Assembly: GCA_964016885.1 (NCBI GenBank)
Contig: OZ024743.1
Location: 992,001-1,056,000, forward strand
From: Eledone cirrhosa
Lineage: Eukaryota
DNA length: 64,000 bases
Direction of reading: 5' to 3'
Made by a program: the position numbers and the translations under genes. A model generated the notes under the pieces. It was not told where the DNA came from. It saw only the letters and a program-made list of their open reading frames with translations, and did no database searches. How positions within the stretch are numbered: the first letter of the stretch is position 1; every line of letters begins with the position of its first letter. Shown here piece after piece: positions 1-14,520 of this stretch.

Positions 1-242
1 ATTACCTGCTTCGTTTCTGTTTCACGCGATTATAATAGCAAAAATAAAAGAATGCCATAGTATTCATATTTAAAATACAAACACGTGTATAACATCTTTA
101 GTCAAGTTTCTTTTGTTTCTCTGCCGTTCACTGACACATATACATTTCTAATGTCTGTCATGTTAGTAATTTCCAGATCCTACATTTTACATCTTTTTAC
201 TCTTTTAGGCTTTTTAACCATGTGTGTAACTGAATTTATAGA

Positions 243-498
<256 letters not shown>

Positions 499-656
499 AT
501 ACTTTGGGAGGGTCATGTTGCCAATAAGAAATACAAGCACCAGTTGCTTTCACTTCAATTTATTATATATTTATAAATTTATAAATTTACAAATCTACAA
601 ACTTATAAATTTCTGGTTGGTTGGTTGGTTCCACAACCAGATAGTTGTTTATATAT

Positions 657-701
657 AGTCATAGTCCTTTCGTCACACACTCTGTGACCTCTTCAGTGAC
701 T
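657..701 (-). ncRNA. Candidate minimal type I hammerhead ribozyme in the PLE 3' end (left arm)
   Basis: Minus strand reads AGUCA-CUGAAGA-G-GUCACA(GAGUG)UGUGAC-GAAA-GGAC-UA-UGACU: 5-bp stem I, core boxes and 6-bp stem II, with one extra nt after the core. Hammerhead motifs in PLE pseudo-LTRs are established. Confidence 0.65.
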
Positions 702-917
702 GGGGATTCCTTTCTTTGTTTCTGTGCCTTTCCTTTCTTCTGTCCTACGCCATTTTGTTTCTGTGTGTGTGTTGTGTGCTCAGTTTGCGCATGCGCCACA
801 TCCGGGTGTCTGTGTGTGTTTGTGTTCATTTATCTATTTGTTTATTTATTTATTTATTTATTTATTTATTGTTGGTTGGTTGTTTGTTCTATGTGTGTGT
901 GTGTTTTCATTTTGTCC

Positions 918-2789
918 TTAATTGTAAGTTGTGATGTTCCTGTTCCACTCATATTTTCTATTTAATTTTGGTTGTAATTCTTTTATGCTTACTGCCTCTG
1001 TAATTTGCCTAAACATTGCATCTTTTCTGTGTGTGGATTCTATTTTTATTTCTATGTTCTCTAATTTACCCCTGCGTTCTATCTTAGCATGTTGGTAGAG
1101 CACAGATGATTCTTTATTATCTTGAAGGTTTCGCCAGTGTTCATTTATTCGTTCCCCTATACTACGAGCTGTCTCACCTATGTACACTATATTTTTGTTT
1201 CTACATTGTCCTTCAGTACATCTTATGCTATACACTACATTTCTAGTTTTACAGTTAATATGGGGGCTTATTTTACAGGTTATACATTTCTTATCTATAC
1301 ATGAGGGTCTTTGGAACGGGTATGTCTTGCTAATAAGTGTTTTTACGGAGGTACCTGGTCTTTCTACTATCTTAATATTGAGTATATGTTTATTTAGGGC
1401 CCTTCTAAATTTGTAGGCTAGTTCGCCTCTAGGGGTTGTATTGATGAACATTACACTCTGGTATTTATTGCTATCATACCATGAGTTTATTCTATTGGCC
1501 TTGTTCCTAGCTCTTTCTATTCTATTCCAAAATTTGCTCCTATACAAGGGGCAGGTCCCATTTGTGTCATTATTTACCATTTTTTCCCATTTGGTTCTGG
1601 CTCCTCTATACACTCTGATTCTATCTCTCTGATTGTAGCCAGAGAACTGCATACGGTGGATGAAGTGTTGTATGTGTCTCTCTAGTTCTTCGGGGTTGCA
1701 CATGCGGGACACATTTCTCATCACCCGTACCAAATCCGCAATCAGTATGTTGATTTTGGTATGGTCCGAAATGGCCGAGTTTCGGTGGATCAGATGTTTG
1801 GAAGTCATAGGTTTGGCATAATGGGAATGGAGGATTTGTTTTTGGTTGTTAATGGTATCTAACCAGAGCTCTGTGTCTAGTACAGGTAATCGATGGTTGG
1901 GGTGTCTACTTGGGTAGTCTATAGTAACTCTACTGCTCTGGTGGATGGAGTTTGCTATTTGCTGGATGCCTTCCATTGTGTTTTTCTCTAGTTGCTGACT
2001 GTTCTTTAGTGGGGGTGTCTTAACTACGATGTTTATATCATCTACGTAGCGGGAGTACATTATCAGGGTTAAGCTGTCTTCTAATTGTTCTTTAAGTTTT
2101 TGTTTAAGTCTACTGTCCCACCATACCATGAATAAGTTAGCTATGTCGCCTGCAATGCTAACACCAATGGCTGCTCCTTCCTCTTGGGCATATGTTTTAC
2201 CATTAAATTTGAACATATGTTCCTTAAGGGTTAATTTTATGCTGGCCCCTACCGCATGTGCAATCATTTTCTTCAGTTCATCGTGGTTTTCGGGTGTCCG
2301 TATGGTTCTGGTCCACCCGTTCCATCTATCTGTGTGGGTTTTCTTGGCCATTGAGGTAATGGTAGGTGGTCTGCCTCTTGCTGGTCTTGTAGGGCACAGG
2401 TTGCTAAGGTCATAAGTGTCTAGGTAATTATTACTATGGGTAAGCTTAAGTAGAAGTCCCAGCTCACTGGTATCAATCCCACGGAACTCAACCTTGCTCT
2501 CGCTGATCATTTCTACGTATTTCTCCACAGCAAAATCCACGTCAATAGATGGATACAGGGACCCAACATCCATACTGCCTATTATGCAGTTTGTTAGGTC
2601 CCCAGATCGGTTACTCGCGCCGATTCTGCTGAGGAGGTCCTCCGTGCTGTCACATACATCTGGGGACATCTCAATGATGGGGCGTATGATCAGGAAGAGG
2701 AGGTAGGACAGTCTGTAGTTACTAGCAATGTTAGCTCCACAGACTGGCCGTGTTGGTGGTCCCGCGACAGGGTCACAGCCCGTTTTATG
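918..2789 (-). CDS. PLE reverse transcriptase + GIY-YIG endonuclease (N-terminally truncated, open frame)
   Basis: ORF track 918..2669 extends upstream in frame to ~2789 (HKTGCDPVAGPPTRPVCGANIASNYRLSYLL). Motifs: SMDVGSLYPSI, QEEGAAIG, RYVDD, LPVLD, Cys-rich linker CxxxxCxxC, and VVYSIRC...YIGETARSIGERINEH (GIY-YIG). Confidence 0.9.
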   Translation of the reverse strand, partial: HKTGCDPVAGPPTRPVCGANIASNYRLSYLLFLIIRPIIEMSPDVCDSTEDLLSRIGASNRSGDLTNCIIGSMDVGSLYPSIDVDFAVEKYVEMISESKVEFRGIDTSELGLLLKLTHSNNYLDTYDLSNLCPTRPARGRPPTITSMAKKTHTDRWNGWTRTIRTPENHDELKKMIAHAVGASIKLTLKEHMFKFNGKTYAQEEGAAIGVSIAGDIANLFMVWWDSRLKQKLKEQLEDSLTLIMYSRYVDDINIVVKTPPLKNSQQLEKNTMEGIQQIANSIHQSSRVTIDYPSRHPNHRLPVLDTELWLDTINNQKQILHSHYAKPMTSKHLIHRNSAISDHTKINILIADLVRVMRNVSRMCNPEELERHIQHFIHRMQFSGYNQRDRIRVYRGARTKWEKMVNNDTNGTCPLYRSKFWNRIERARNKANRINSWYDSNKYQSVMFINTTPRGELAYKFRRALNKHILNIKIVERPGTSVKTLISKTYPFQRPSCIDKKCITCKISPHINCKTRNVVYSIRCTEGQCRNKNIVYIGETARSIGERINEHWRNLQDNKESSVLYQHAKIERRGKLENIEIKIESTHRKDAMFRQITEAVSIKELQPKLNRKYEWNRNITTYN

Positions 2790-2899
2790 GTTAATTTTAT
2801 GCTGGCCCCTACCGCATGTGCAATCATTTTCTTCAGTTCATCGTGGTTTTCGGGTGTCCGTATGGCTCTGGTCCTGATCATACGCCCCATCATTGAGAT

Positions 2900-4936
2900 G
2901 GGATTGATACCAGTGAGCTGGGACTTCTACTTAAGCTTACCCATAGTAATAATTACCTAGACACTTATGACCTTAGCAACCTGTGCCCTACAAGACCAGC
3001 AAGAGGCAGACCACCTACCATTACCTCAATGGCCAAGAAAACCCACACAGATAGATGGAACGGGTGGACCAGAGCCATACGGACACCCGAAAACCACGAT
3101 GAACTGAAGAAAATGATTGCACATGCGGTAGGGGCCAGCATAAAATTAACCCTTAAGGAACATATGTTCAAATTTAATGGTAAAACATATGCCCAAGAGG
3201 AAGGAGCAGCCATTGGTGTTAGCATTGCAGGCGACATAGCTAACTTATTCATGGTATGGTGGGACAGTAGACTTAAACAAAAACTTAAAGAACAATTAGA
3301 AGACAGCTTAACCCTGATAATGTACTCCCGCTACGTAGATGATATAAACATCGTAGTTAAGACACCCCCACTAAAGAACAGTCAGGAACTAGAGTAAAAC
3401 ACAATGGAAAGCATCCAGCAAATAGCAAACTCCATCCACTAGAGCATTAGAGTTACTATAGACTACCCAAGTAGACACCCCAACCATCGATTACCTGTAC
3501 TAGACACAGAGCTCTGGTTAGATACCATTAACAACCAAAAACAAATCCTCCATTCCCATTATGCCAAACCTATGACTTCCAAACATCTGATCCACCGAAA
3601 CTCGGCCATTTCGGACCATACCAAAATCAACATACTGATTGCGGATTTGGTACGGGTGATGAGAAATGTGTCCCGCATGTGCAACCCCGAAGAACTAGAG
3701 AGACACATACAACACTTCATCCACCGTATGCAGTTCTCTGGCTACAATCAGAGAGATAGAATCAGAGTGTATAGAGGAGCCAGAACCAAATGGGAAAAAA
3801 ATGGTAAATAATGACATAAATGGGACCTGCCCCTTGTATAGGAGCAAATTTTGGAATAGAATAGAAAGAACTAGGAACAAGGCCAATAGAATAAACTCAT
3901 GGTATGATAGCAATAAATACCAGAGTGTAATGTTCATCAATACAACCCCTAGAGGCGAACTAGCCTACAAATTTAGAAGGGCCCTAAATAAACATAAACT
4001 CAATATTAAGATAGTAGAAAGACCAGATACCTCCGTAAAAACACTTATTAGCAAGACATACCCGTTTCAAAGACCCTCATGTATACATAAGAAATGTATA
4101 ACCTGTAAAATAAGCCCCCATATTAACTGTAAAACTAGAAATGTAGTGTATAGCATAAGATGTACTGAAGGACAATGTAGAAACAAAAATATAGTGTACA
4201 TAGGTGAGACAGCTCGTAGTATAGGGGAACGAATAAATGAACACTGGCGAGACCTTCAAGATAATAAAGAATCATCTGTGCTCTACCAACATGCTAAGAT
4301 AGAACGCAGGGGTAAATTAGAGAACATAGAAATAAAAATAGAATCCACACACAGAAAAGATGCAATGTTTAGGCAAATTACAGAGGCAGGAAGCATAAAA
4401 GAATTACAACCAAAATTAAATAGAAAATATGAGTGGAACAGCAACATCACAACTTACAATTAAGGACAAAATGAAAACACACACACACATAGAACAAACA
4501 ACCAACCAACAATAAATAAATAAATAAATAAACAAATAGATAAATGAACACAAACACACACAGACACCCGGATGTGGCGCATGCGCAAACTGAGCACACA
4601 ACACACACACAGAAACAAAATGGCGTAGGACAGAAGAAAGGAAAGGCACAGAAACAAAGAAAGGAATCCCCAGTCACTGAAGAGGTCACAGAGTGTGTGA
4701 CGAAAGGACTATGTCTATATATAAACAACTATCTGGTTGTGGAACCAACCAACCAACCAGAAATTTATAAGTTTGTAGATTTGTAAATTTATAAATTTAT
4801 AAATATATAATAAATTGAAGTGAAAGCAACTGGTGCTTGTATTTCTTATTGGCAACATGACCCTCCCAAAGTATAACAATATCGGTTTCAACACACGATT
4901 TCAGATAAAGAATCTTGCTAAACAAATTCAGAAACG

Positions 4937-4938
<2 letters not shown>
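2900..4938 (+). mobile_element. Penelope-like element, right arm (RT/GIY-YIG pseudogene plus longer 3' end)
   Basis: Near-identical inverted copy of the left arm, with a stop at 3395-3397 and a frameshift in the A-run near 3795-3800. The 3' end runs ~58 nt further than the left arm before (TA)n at 4939. Confidence 0.93.
4672..4716 (+). ncRNA. Candidate hammerhead ribozyme, right PLE arm
   Basis: Same motif as 657-701, with one stem I mismatch (TGTCT instead of TGACT). Confidence 0.55.
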
Positions 4939-5434
<496 letters not shown>

Positions 5435-5639
5435 TAGCTCATACAAAAATACGAATACAGCTATGCACACACATGCACATAAATAAATATGATCCACGAT
5501 AATGGTCACATAGAGCTCCATCCGCTCCATTTGTGTAAGAACAACAAATAGAAGCTGATAAAGCAGCTCAAGAATCTGATAAAGCAGTAGCAATTGTCTG
5601 ACAGATAACTACTAGATTACATGAATGCAACAGTATAGA

Positions 5640-7550
5640 GCTGGCCCAAACGCATAAGGTCATCTAGATCGTATATAGATCTGTTTTCCATTAGGTTGGC
5701 AGATAAGGATAGCATAGGGTGTCCACATTTCCAAACGGTCGCCTATTCAGAAAACAAATTCGTGATCTGAATGGTCGATCTAAATAGAACACTTAGTCAG
5801 AAATCTAGTTACTTGAAGCTTAACGCATCATTCCAGCGCGTATACCGAGAGCGGGGCAGCACTTTAGCGACGCGAACGTCGTCAACAACAGATGGTCGAT
5901 TGCTCTCAAGAGAGCGATTGGAGTCAAGTGGATACATTTTAGTACAGGCATAGCCATGGAATACAAAAGAAAAGGGGTGGAGTTAGTAGCAAAATTAAAT
6001 GAGGCAATGAGAAGTGGCATTGTAACCGTCGTAGTGGTGAGAAGGGCATTAGACCATTTGTTCAAAGCAAAACATGATGTTTCCATTGTCATAACTAAGG
6101 CGCGTGCTCTACGAAACGAGCAAACGAATGTTGTTTTATGGACTCGAGCGGCAGAGATGCAGCATGGCAACAAAACCATAATTCGGTCTTTGACGGTACA
6201 AGACAATTGCATGCTGGACGATTCCAAGTAAATGTGTGCGGCTTTTCTCCAGCACTTTGCACGACATTGCGGTGAGAGCAAGTAGTCGGAGACGGCAGCG
6301 GACTTCAGTACCTACATCGACTGAAGTGGAGTGCTGCGAAAACCTGATAACGGCATCCGAAATTGGGACGGCGCTGGCTGAGTGAACGAGCTTCAAATTG
6401 TCCGGTTTGTTTGGTCTCGCCTGTGAGCTTTACGCAGATATGCCAGACTTGGTCTCCGTTTTCCTCGAAGTGGTCTACAGCAATAGGCATCAGAACAGTA
6501 GTATTCCCAGTTATGTGTGTCAGGGCATAATGATGCTGATAAGGAAGGACGAGAACAAGAGAGACACTTTAGACAGTCTCAAGCGCATGCTAAACAGAGA
6601 ATTGTTTATGTTGACCAAGGTGCTAGAAACGAGGATGGGGCTTGTCGTTGAGGCCAGGTGGGGGAGGTGCAGACGTCCTCAAACTCAACTAGGTTCATAT
6701 ACAACAACCTCAATCACCAGAGAGGGTAGGGAGGAAATCTGGCTTCGGTGGAGCTCTGAGTAATTTAGATCAATCGAAAGCTTTCGATAGCGTCGACCAT
6801 CGATACCTGACACTGTCCTCAAAGAATCTGGCTTCGGTTCCGTCTTTAGATGCTGGATCGCTGTAATGCACAGCATTCTACTCCAAACGGGGCGAAGGAA
6901 GGCTGCATCAGCATATGCGGACGACGTCACCGTGATGGTATCGACTACTACGGAAATCGAGGTAGTCGGCAATTTCTGGAATATGAAAGGTTGACAGGAG
7001 CAAAGATCAACCCGGAAAAGTCAGTGGGTTTGCACTTCAGCAACTGGAGAGACAAATCCATGCTGTTCAATAACATCGTCTGATACTGGACGGACGGGGC
7101 AGTGAAGTTGCTCGGTTCTGGTGCCGACCAGACCTCCAGATGGATGAGAACTGGAACGAGAAAACGAGCATCGTGGCCACTCGCGTGCAGAAATTGGCCG
7201 CGAGGAAGCTATTCCTGAAATGTCGTGTGAAGATGGTAAACGCCTTCAATGGATCTGTCATCTATTATCACCTGACTGTCATGCATTGCCCCCTTTACGC
7301 ATCACCATATTGGAGCGCCTGCTCTTCAACTTCTTGTGGAAGCGAAGGGTTTCATTGGTGAGATGGTCTATCTGCTTCCAGCACACTCTTCGTGAGGGCT
7401 GCGCATGCCGGGGCTGATATTACGCAAACTTCCGCTGAGTCAAGGTAGCTGATGTTGCGGATCATACGCTGAATAAACGGCATCTCCAAATATTCCTAAA
7501 TGAGGAACAGGTGTGGTCACCGTTTGTGAAACAAGTCTTTCCGCAGACTG
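5640..7550 (+). pseudogene. Decayed Tx1/L1-like LINE ORF2 relic
   Basis: Collinear similarity to 26870-28980 (ggtcatctagatcgtatatag; ARALRNE; RKDENKRDTLD; gcatatgcggacgac = AYADD), with many stops and deletions. Confidence 0.85.
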
Positions 7551-7560
7551 TAACGTTCAC

Positions 7561-7747
7561 TATGCTTTGCGGCACAGTGTTACGTCCTTTTATGTTCTGA
7601 GTTCAAATCCCACAGAGGTTAGCTTTGACTTTCATCCTTCCGTGGTCGATAAAATAAAGTACCAGTAACGTACTCTAGTCGTCTTTATCGAGTTTTCCCT
7701 TCCACCAAAATTGTTGGCCTTTTGTCTACGTCAGAAACCATTATTAT
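7561..7747 (+). mobile_element. tRNA-derived SINE, long variant, diverged
   Basis: B-box gagttcaaatccc, core ctttcatcct...gtcgataaaataaagtaccag, ATT tail. Confidence 0.85.
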
Positions 7748-7933
7748 AAATGTCTCACAGCTCTCGTTACGTATCAACGACCTGGTTATTTGCATATTAA
7801 TGTTGCATATTCGTTCTCTCTCATAGTTAGTCTCTATTTAGTTACATATTTTCTTTTGTCTTTCCAATTAATCTTGTTGGGTATCTGAGCAAACTAAATA
7901 CAAACGCTTAGATATACACACATACATACGTTT

Positions 7934-7969
<36 letters not shown>

Positions 7970-8172
7970 ATATATATATATATTTATATACGCATATATA
8001 TACGTATATATATATATTTAAATATATATATATATATATATATACGTAGGCATGTATACATACACATAAAGAAATAAACTCACAAATGCACCACTACACA
8101 CCCTACTCCTCATACACACATACAGCGCCCCCCTCTCTCTCTCTCACTCTCTCCGTCCCCCTCTCTCTCTGT

Positions 8173-8241
<69 letters not shown>

Positions 8242-9261
8242 CATATGAAATGGCTGGTTTAAGTTAACAAACGATGCTACAACACACAACACACGCACAC
8301 ACACACACACACGCACACACACAGTAGCATTCCACCATACGAACATACTACACTGCCAATACAGATGAACAAGGCAACAACACACACACACTCAAGCGAG
8401 ACAACAAAACACGCACACACACTAACATTTAACAAACAGGCAGAGAATGGACTTACAGCTAGCGCCATCCCACTCCCTCATTCGGCCGCTGACCTCTGTA
8501 CGACCGACCCCATTTCACGCGCACGCGCGCTCTGCCGAATACCTCAGATATTCAAAACAACAAACAGCGAAAGACGCGTTCCGGACTTGTCCGACAGACA
8601 ACCTTTTCCCCCACCCCGGTAAAAAACCCCAGTTGATGGATGTGAATCCGAAATATATAGGGACTATTAAATCTCTCCCAAGCTAACTCTCTCTTGTGTT
8701 GTTATTTTTATTTTTATCCTTTATACTCTTCCCTTCATTCTACACATCTCACACATCTTATACACACCACGCATCTCAACGTACACCCACTTACATCTCT
8801 CTCTCTCCACCACCGGACGTTGTTACCCGGAGATTTACCCATTTGCATTGTCGAGGCTTCCAAACGACTTAAATATATATATATATATAAGCATATATAT
8901 ATGTACAAGTGCGATGTGCATATATGTGTGTATGTGTGTTAATGATGAATTTCCTGTACCAAATTAATACTCATTTACCAAAGACTTCAGGCCATGCAAA
9001 ACCATCGTCTAACATACGATAACACAGACTATCCTGATAACGTAGTATATCTGATAACACTAGAAGCGAGAGGGGAAGGGTACTAAATTGCATTTGTTAC
9101 TATAATTATTAATTGGTGCAGCTGAACTAAATCATTGTCGGAGGAAGAGGAGTAGCAAAAGGAGAAGCAAGAGGAGAGCGTCGAGATGTTCAATATTTTC
9201 TGTCAATCTGTGTCATGTATCAAGAATGGAGCTAGTAGTATTAGTGATGTTGAATATAGTG

Positions 9262-9448
9262 ATAACTGTTTTTACTTTAGGCACAAGGCCAGTAATTACC
9301 CAGTACATTACTGGTACTTTATTTTATCGACCCCGTAAGGATGAAAGGCAAAGTTGACCTGGGCGAGATTTGAACTCAGAATAGAAAGGGCCATAACTCT
9401 ACGCGTCAAAGCATGACGTCCGACCCTCTACCAATACTGCCAATCCAC
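9262..9448 (-). mobile_element. tRNA-derived SINE, short variant
   Basis: Reverse complement of the family sequence seen at 15687 and 54693. Confidence 0.9.
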
Positions 9449-9625
9449 ATAACGTTTATAATGGTGGTAGATATGCTCTTGATATTGATGATGATCTTCA
9501 TTATCGTCTAAACCGATTAGGATGATCGTGGTAGTAATGATTTGACTATGATGATTATGACTATGATGACAAAGAATATGAAGATAAGGATGCTGATGAG
9601 TGGGCGAGTGGACTATTATTATTTT

Positions 9626-10047
9626 GGGCGGTGAATTGGCAGTATCGGTAAAGCGTCAGACACCATGCTTTACAGCATAGAGTTATAGCCCTTTACATTC
9701 TCAGTTCAAATCCCGCCGAGGGTAACTTTGCCTTTCATCATTACAGAGTCGATAAAATAAAGTACCAGTAATGCACTGGGTTCGATTTAATCGACTTTCC
9801 CCTCCCCCTAAGTTACTGGCCTTGTGCCTATACCAGAAATCATTATATTTATTTTGGAAGGTCTATTGGCAGTATCGGTAGGGCGTCAGACACTATGCTT
9901 TACAGCATAGAGTTGTAGCTCTTTACGTTCTGAGTTCAAATACCGCTGAGGTTAACTTTGCCTTTCATCCTTACGTGGTCGATAAAACAAAGTACCAGTA
10001 ATGCACTAGGTAATTGCTGGCCTTGTGCCAAAAGTAGAAACAATTAT
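9626..10047 (+). mobile_element. Two tandem SINE copies (long variant ~9626-9847; short variant ~9865-10047)
   Basis: Both have A/B-box-like heads (tggcagtatcggta; gttcaaat) and the family core. They differ by a ~30-bp segment after cactggg. Confidence 0.9.
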
Positions 10048-10199
10048 GTTGGGAGGTTGAGATAAAGTCCAACACAACCACTCTGATATTGCTGTAAAAG
10101 TCATATCATGTCGAGTATTAACCTGACCCCTGAGGCAAAATTTGGTGATACACATAATCTACAATAAATTGTCATACAAATGATGCCATATGGACATAA

Positions 10200-10690
10200 A
10201 CAACTGAAAAGGTCTCTGCGAGGTATTTAAATTGACCATGCCCTTCCCAAAATTGGACAGTGTCACTCGGCACTATTTTTCTGTATCTCTTGCTGAGGTG
10301 GCTTTCCAGATTTCCGATTCAAATATTTTAAAGTTCCTTTAGATACCACATATTCTCAATTTCAATTGTCAGATTTTTTTATTTACTGAGCTTTCGAAAC
10401 TCTTTCGGTGAGATGTCACGATCTGATGTAATGCTCATGTCAATTAAGAAACATGTGTTCACTTTGTGGTCCTTCACAATTATTTCAGGTCTATTGGCCT
10501 TGATCGTTCTACTGGTATTCACACGGAAGGTCCATAGGATTGTCGCATTGTCACCCCGTTTCATTATCGGGGTGATGGTTGTACCAGATTCCCTGATTTT
10601 ATTCCAGAAAACCTGCATATTACCCAGTGCATATTGCCCTACTCTATCATGCTATATATTCCTGGTGAGCTAATACTTTGCAACCTGAAA
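10200..10690 (-). pseudogene. R4/Dong-like REL-domain relic (3' part)
   Basis: ILWTFRVNTSRTIKANRPEIIVKDHKVNTCFLIDMSI...KLSK matches the C-terminus of the 30439 ORF (ILWNFSIQTDRKIDANRPDII...LIDMSV). Confidence 0.8.
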
Positions 10691-10699
10691 CCAGTTGGC

Positions 10700-11003
10700 C
10701 AATGACTTCAATACGCTCAGAATCGACACTTTGGGTTAGTTCTACTACGAAATGAAAGATCACAGCTACGATATTATGGGCATGAAGTTAGAATGTCTCA
10801 GGAAAGAATCACTGGACAGGATTTACGGACGAAACCAACCGGCTGGAGACTCAGAGATAGATCCCTAGCAAGATGGTTGGATAACCTCCATGAAGATGGG
10901 GGATCCAACCGGATCAGTTGCTTCTGATAGGACCCGATGGAAGGAATGTCTGAGAACTCTTACTCCACAACCTTCTCAAGAAGAAGTAGAAGAAGAAGAA
11001 GAA
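10700..11003 (+). mobile_element. Probable RTE-like LINE 3' fragment with (GAA)n tail
   Basis: Decayed ERSQLRYYGHEVRM-like coding stretch ending in caagaagaag repeats. Confidence 0.5.
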
Positions 11004-12704
11004 GGTTTCATACATTAAGCATTACGTGCAAACTAATTAAAATAATAATAGATTAGTTCCACCTAGTGATAAAAAAAAAATGGGTCTAAAAATCATAATT
11101 AGCAAGTTTTAGAAAATAAGTGGAATGTGAAAGGAATAACAAAGTGGCTTATTGAAAATGAGCACATGAAAGTGAGATATATTTTCATATGCTTTGATTC
11201 TATTCCAGATGCTATAAAGTGTGTTATAGTTACTCAGTTTAAATAGTGCAACTTACCTTAGGGCCTTTGATTTTTGTAGTTGTTCATAGATATAAAAATA
11301 TCTCAAGAGGTGTTAACGGTCATATTTATCAAGTGCAAGTTGTTGAGGAATCCTTTCAGTAATTGTGTAATCTTGGTGTTGTTGTTATTGTGTTTGTGGT
11401 TGTTATTGTGTTTGTGGTTGTTATTGTTAGGATGATGGTTTTAATGGTGTGGAAAGGGACATCACTAATAGCACTGAGGATATTAGTCGTGTTTAGAAGA
11501 ATTATATTTGTGGTTGTTTACCTACAGATCAGGGATAATCAAGGTAAAATATGATCAAACAAATTCCAGCCGTGACCCCTTCATCTTAGGTTTTCAGACA
11601 TAGTGTATTCAGGACCACATTATCCAATCTAAACTTTCTTAAAGCAGTAGAATTTAATTTCAGCGACATAGTGCAAATATTCCTAGTAGCTCGAGACAGT
11701 TAGATATGGCATCGTAAAAATAATTGTTTCAATTATATACAAGAATTATGAGCAATTTTCAGAAGTGATACAGCTATCTGTGAAATTCATCCATTCCTAA
11801 AAGGAATTATAATATGAAGAGTTTCCAGCTGCCAACAAACTAAAGACGCAGATCCGGTTCTCCGAGACATGACTATTTTAGTAATTACTGTGATAAAAAT
11901 ATTATTGCGGGAAATTATTAATTTCTTTTGATGTATAATAGACGTTATCAGGGGTAACCTTATATAAGACCTTGTCTTAGTAAATCGGCGAAATTATATT
12001 GGAATATATTTTTAACTCTTTGTTTCAAGTTGGGCATGAAGGTAAAATATTTATGTTGTGAGGGATGGAAGTTGTGGTATTCATGTGTTTCTTAAAATTA
12101 ATATTGATATTGGTTAACTGAAATATAAGCAAGTGACTATATACTACGCCGACGTAGGCACAGTTATATTTCGTCCAGACATTAATGTATAATCTACATC
12201 ATTCATCAACAAGGGAATCTTGACATGGTCACACGACCATCCAAACAAATGAACCAAACCTCCCTCAAACCATAACTTAATCTCTTTGTAAGAAGGCAAT
12301 TTATAACGTAGTACTGGATACATGTCTGAAAACGAACGGAGTATTCTGAAGTGGATCAACTTATACATCTACTCTATCAGGGATTACCTCAGACTAAACA
12401 TCATCAGTTAAACAAGTACAGCCTGTATGATCATGCTAAATGTTTAGATCAGTTATTCAGAAGTTATGCAATATACGTGTTTTGAGTTAATATACTGGCT
12501 GAAAGCCATAATTTGGCGAGAGAGTCAGTTCGGTGCTTGAATGAAAGTTTAGCTTATAGAATCCTGAAAAAATGAAACTGGATCTCGTTAATATTTGAAC
12601 ACCGAGCGTAAAAGACGGAAATAAGTGAAGCAATTAATTTGACTGATGCATACCGATTTTGTCATTAAACGACTTATCATACTAAGCATTATATACTCTC
12701 TCTC

Positions 12705-12823
<119 letters not shown>

Positions 12824-12966
12824 TATATATATACAATGATATTAAATAAATGGAAACTATATTTATAAAACCATTGAATATTTACTCCAGTAAACTGTTG
12901 AGTGCTCTAAATCAGTTATAAACATTTATGTTTGTTGGACTTCCAATAAATTAAATACCACTTCTA

Positions 12967-13065
<99 letters not shown>

Positions 13066-13210
13066 GTATGTGTATATATAGAAAATAACCGTAGGTGTGA
13101 AAAAGGAAAAAAGTAGTCAATCAGGTATGAGAGCTGATATATAATACATTATTTATTTATGTTCATACTTAAATGATATGACATATATGTATATATACAC
13201 ATACGAGATT

Positions 13211-14520
<1,310 letters not shown>

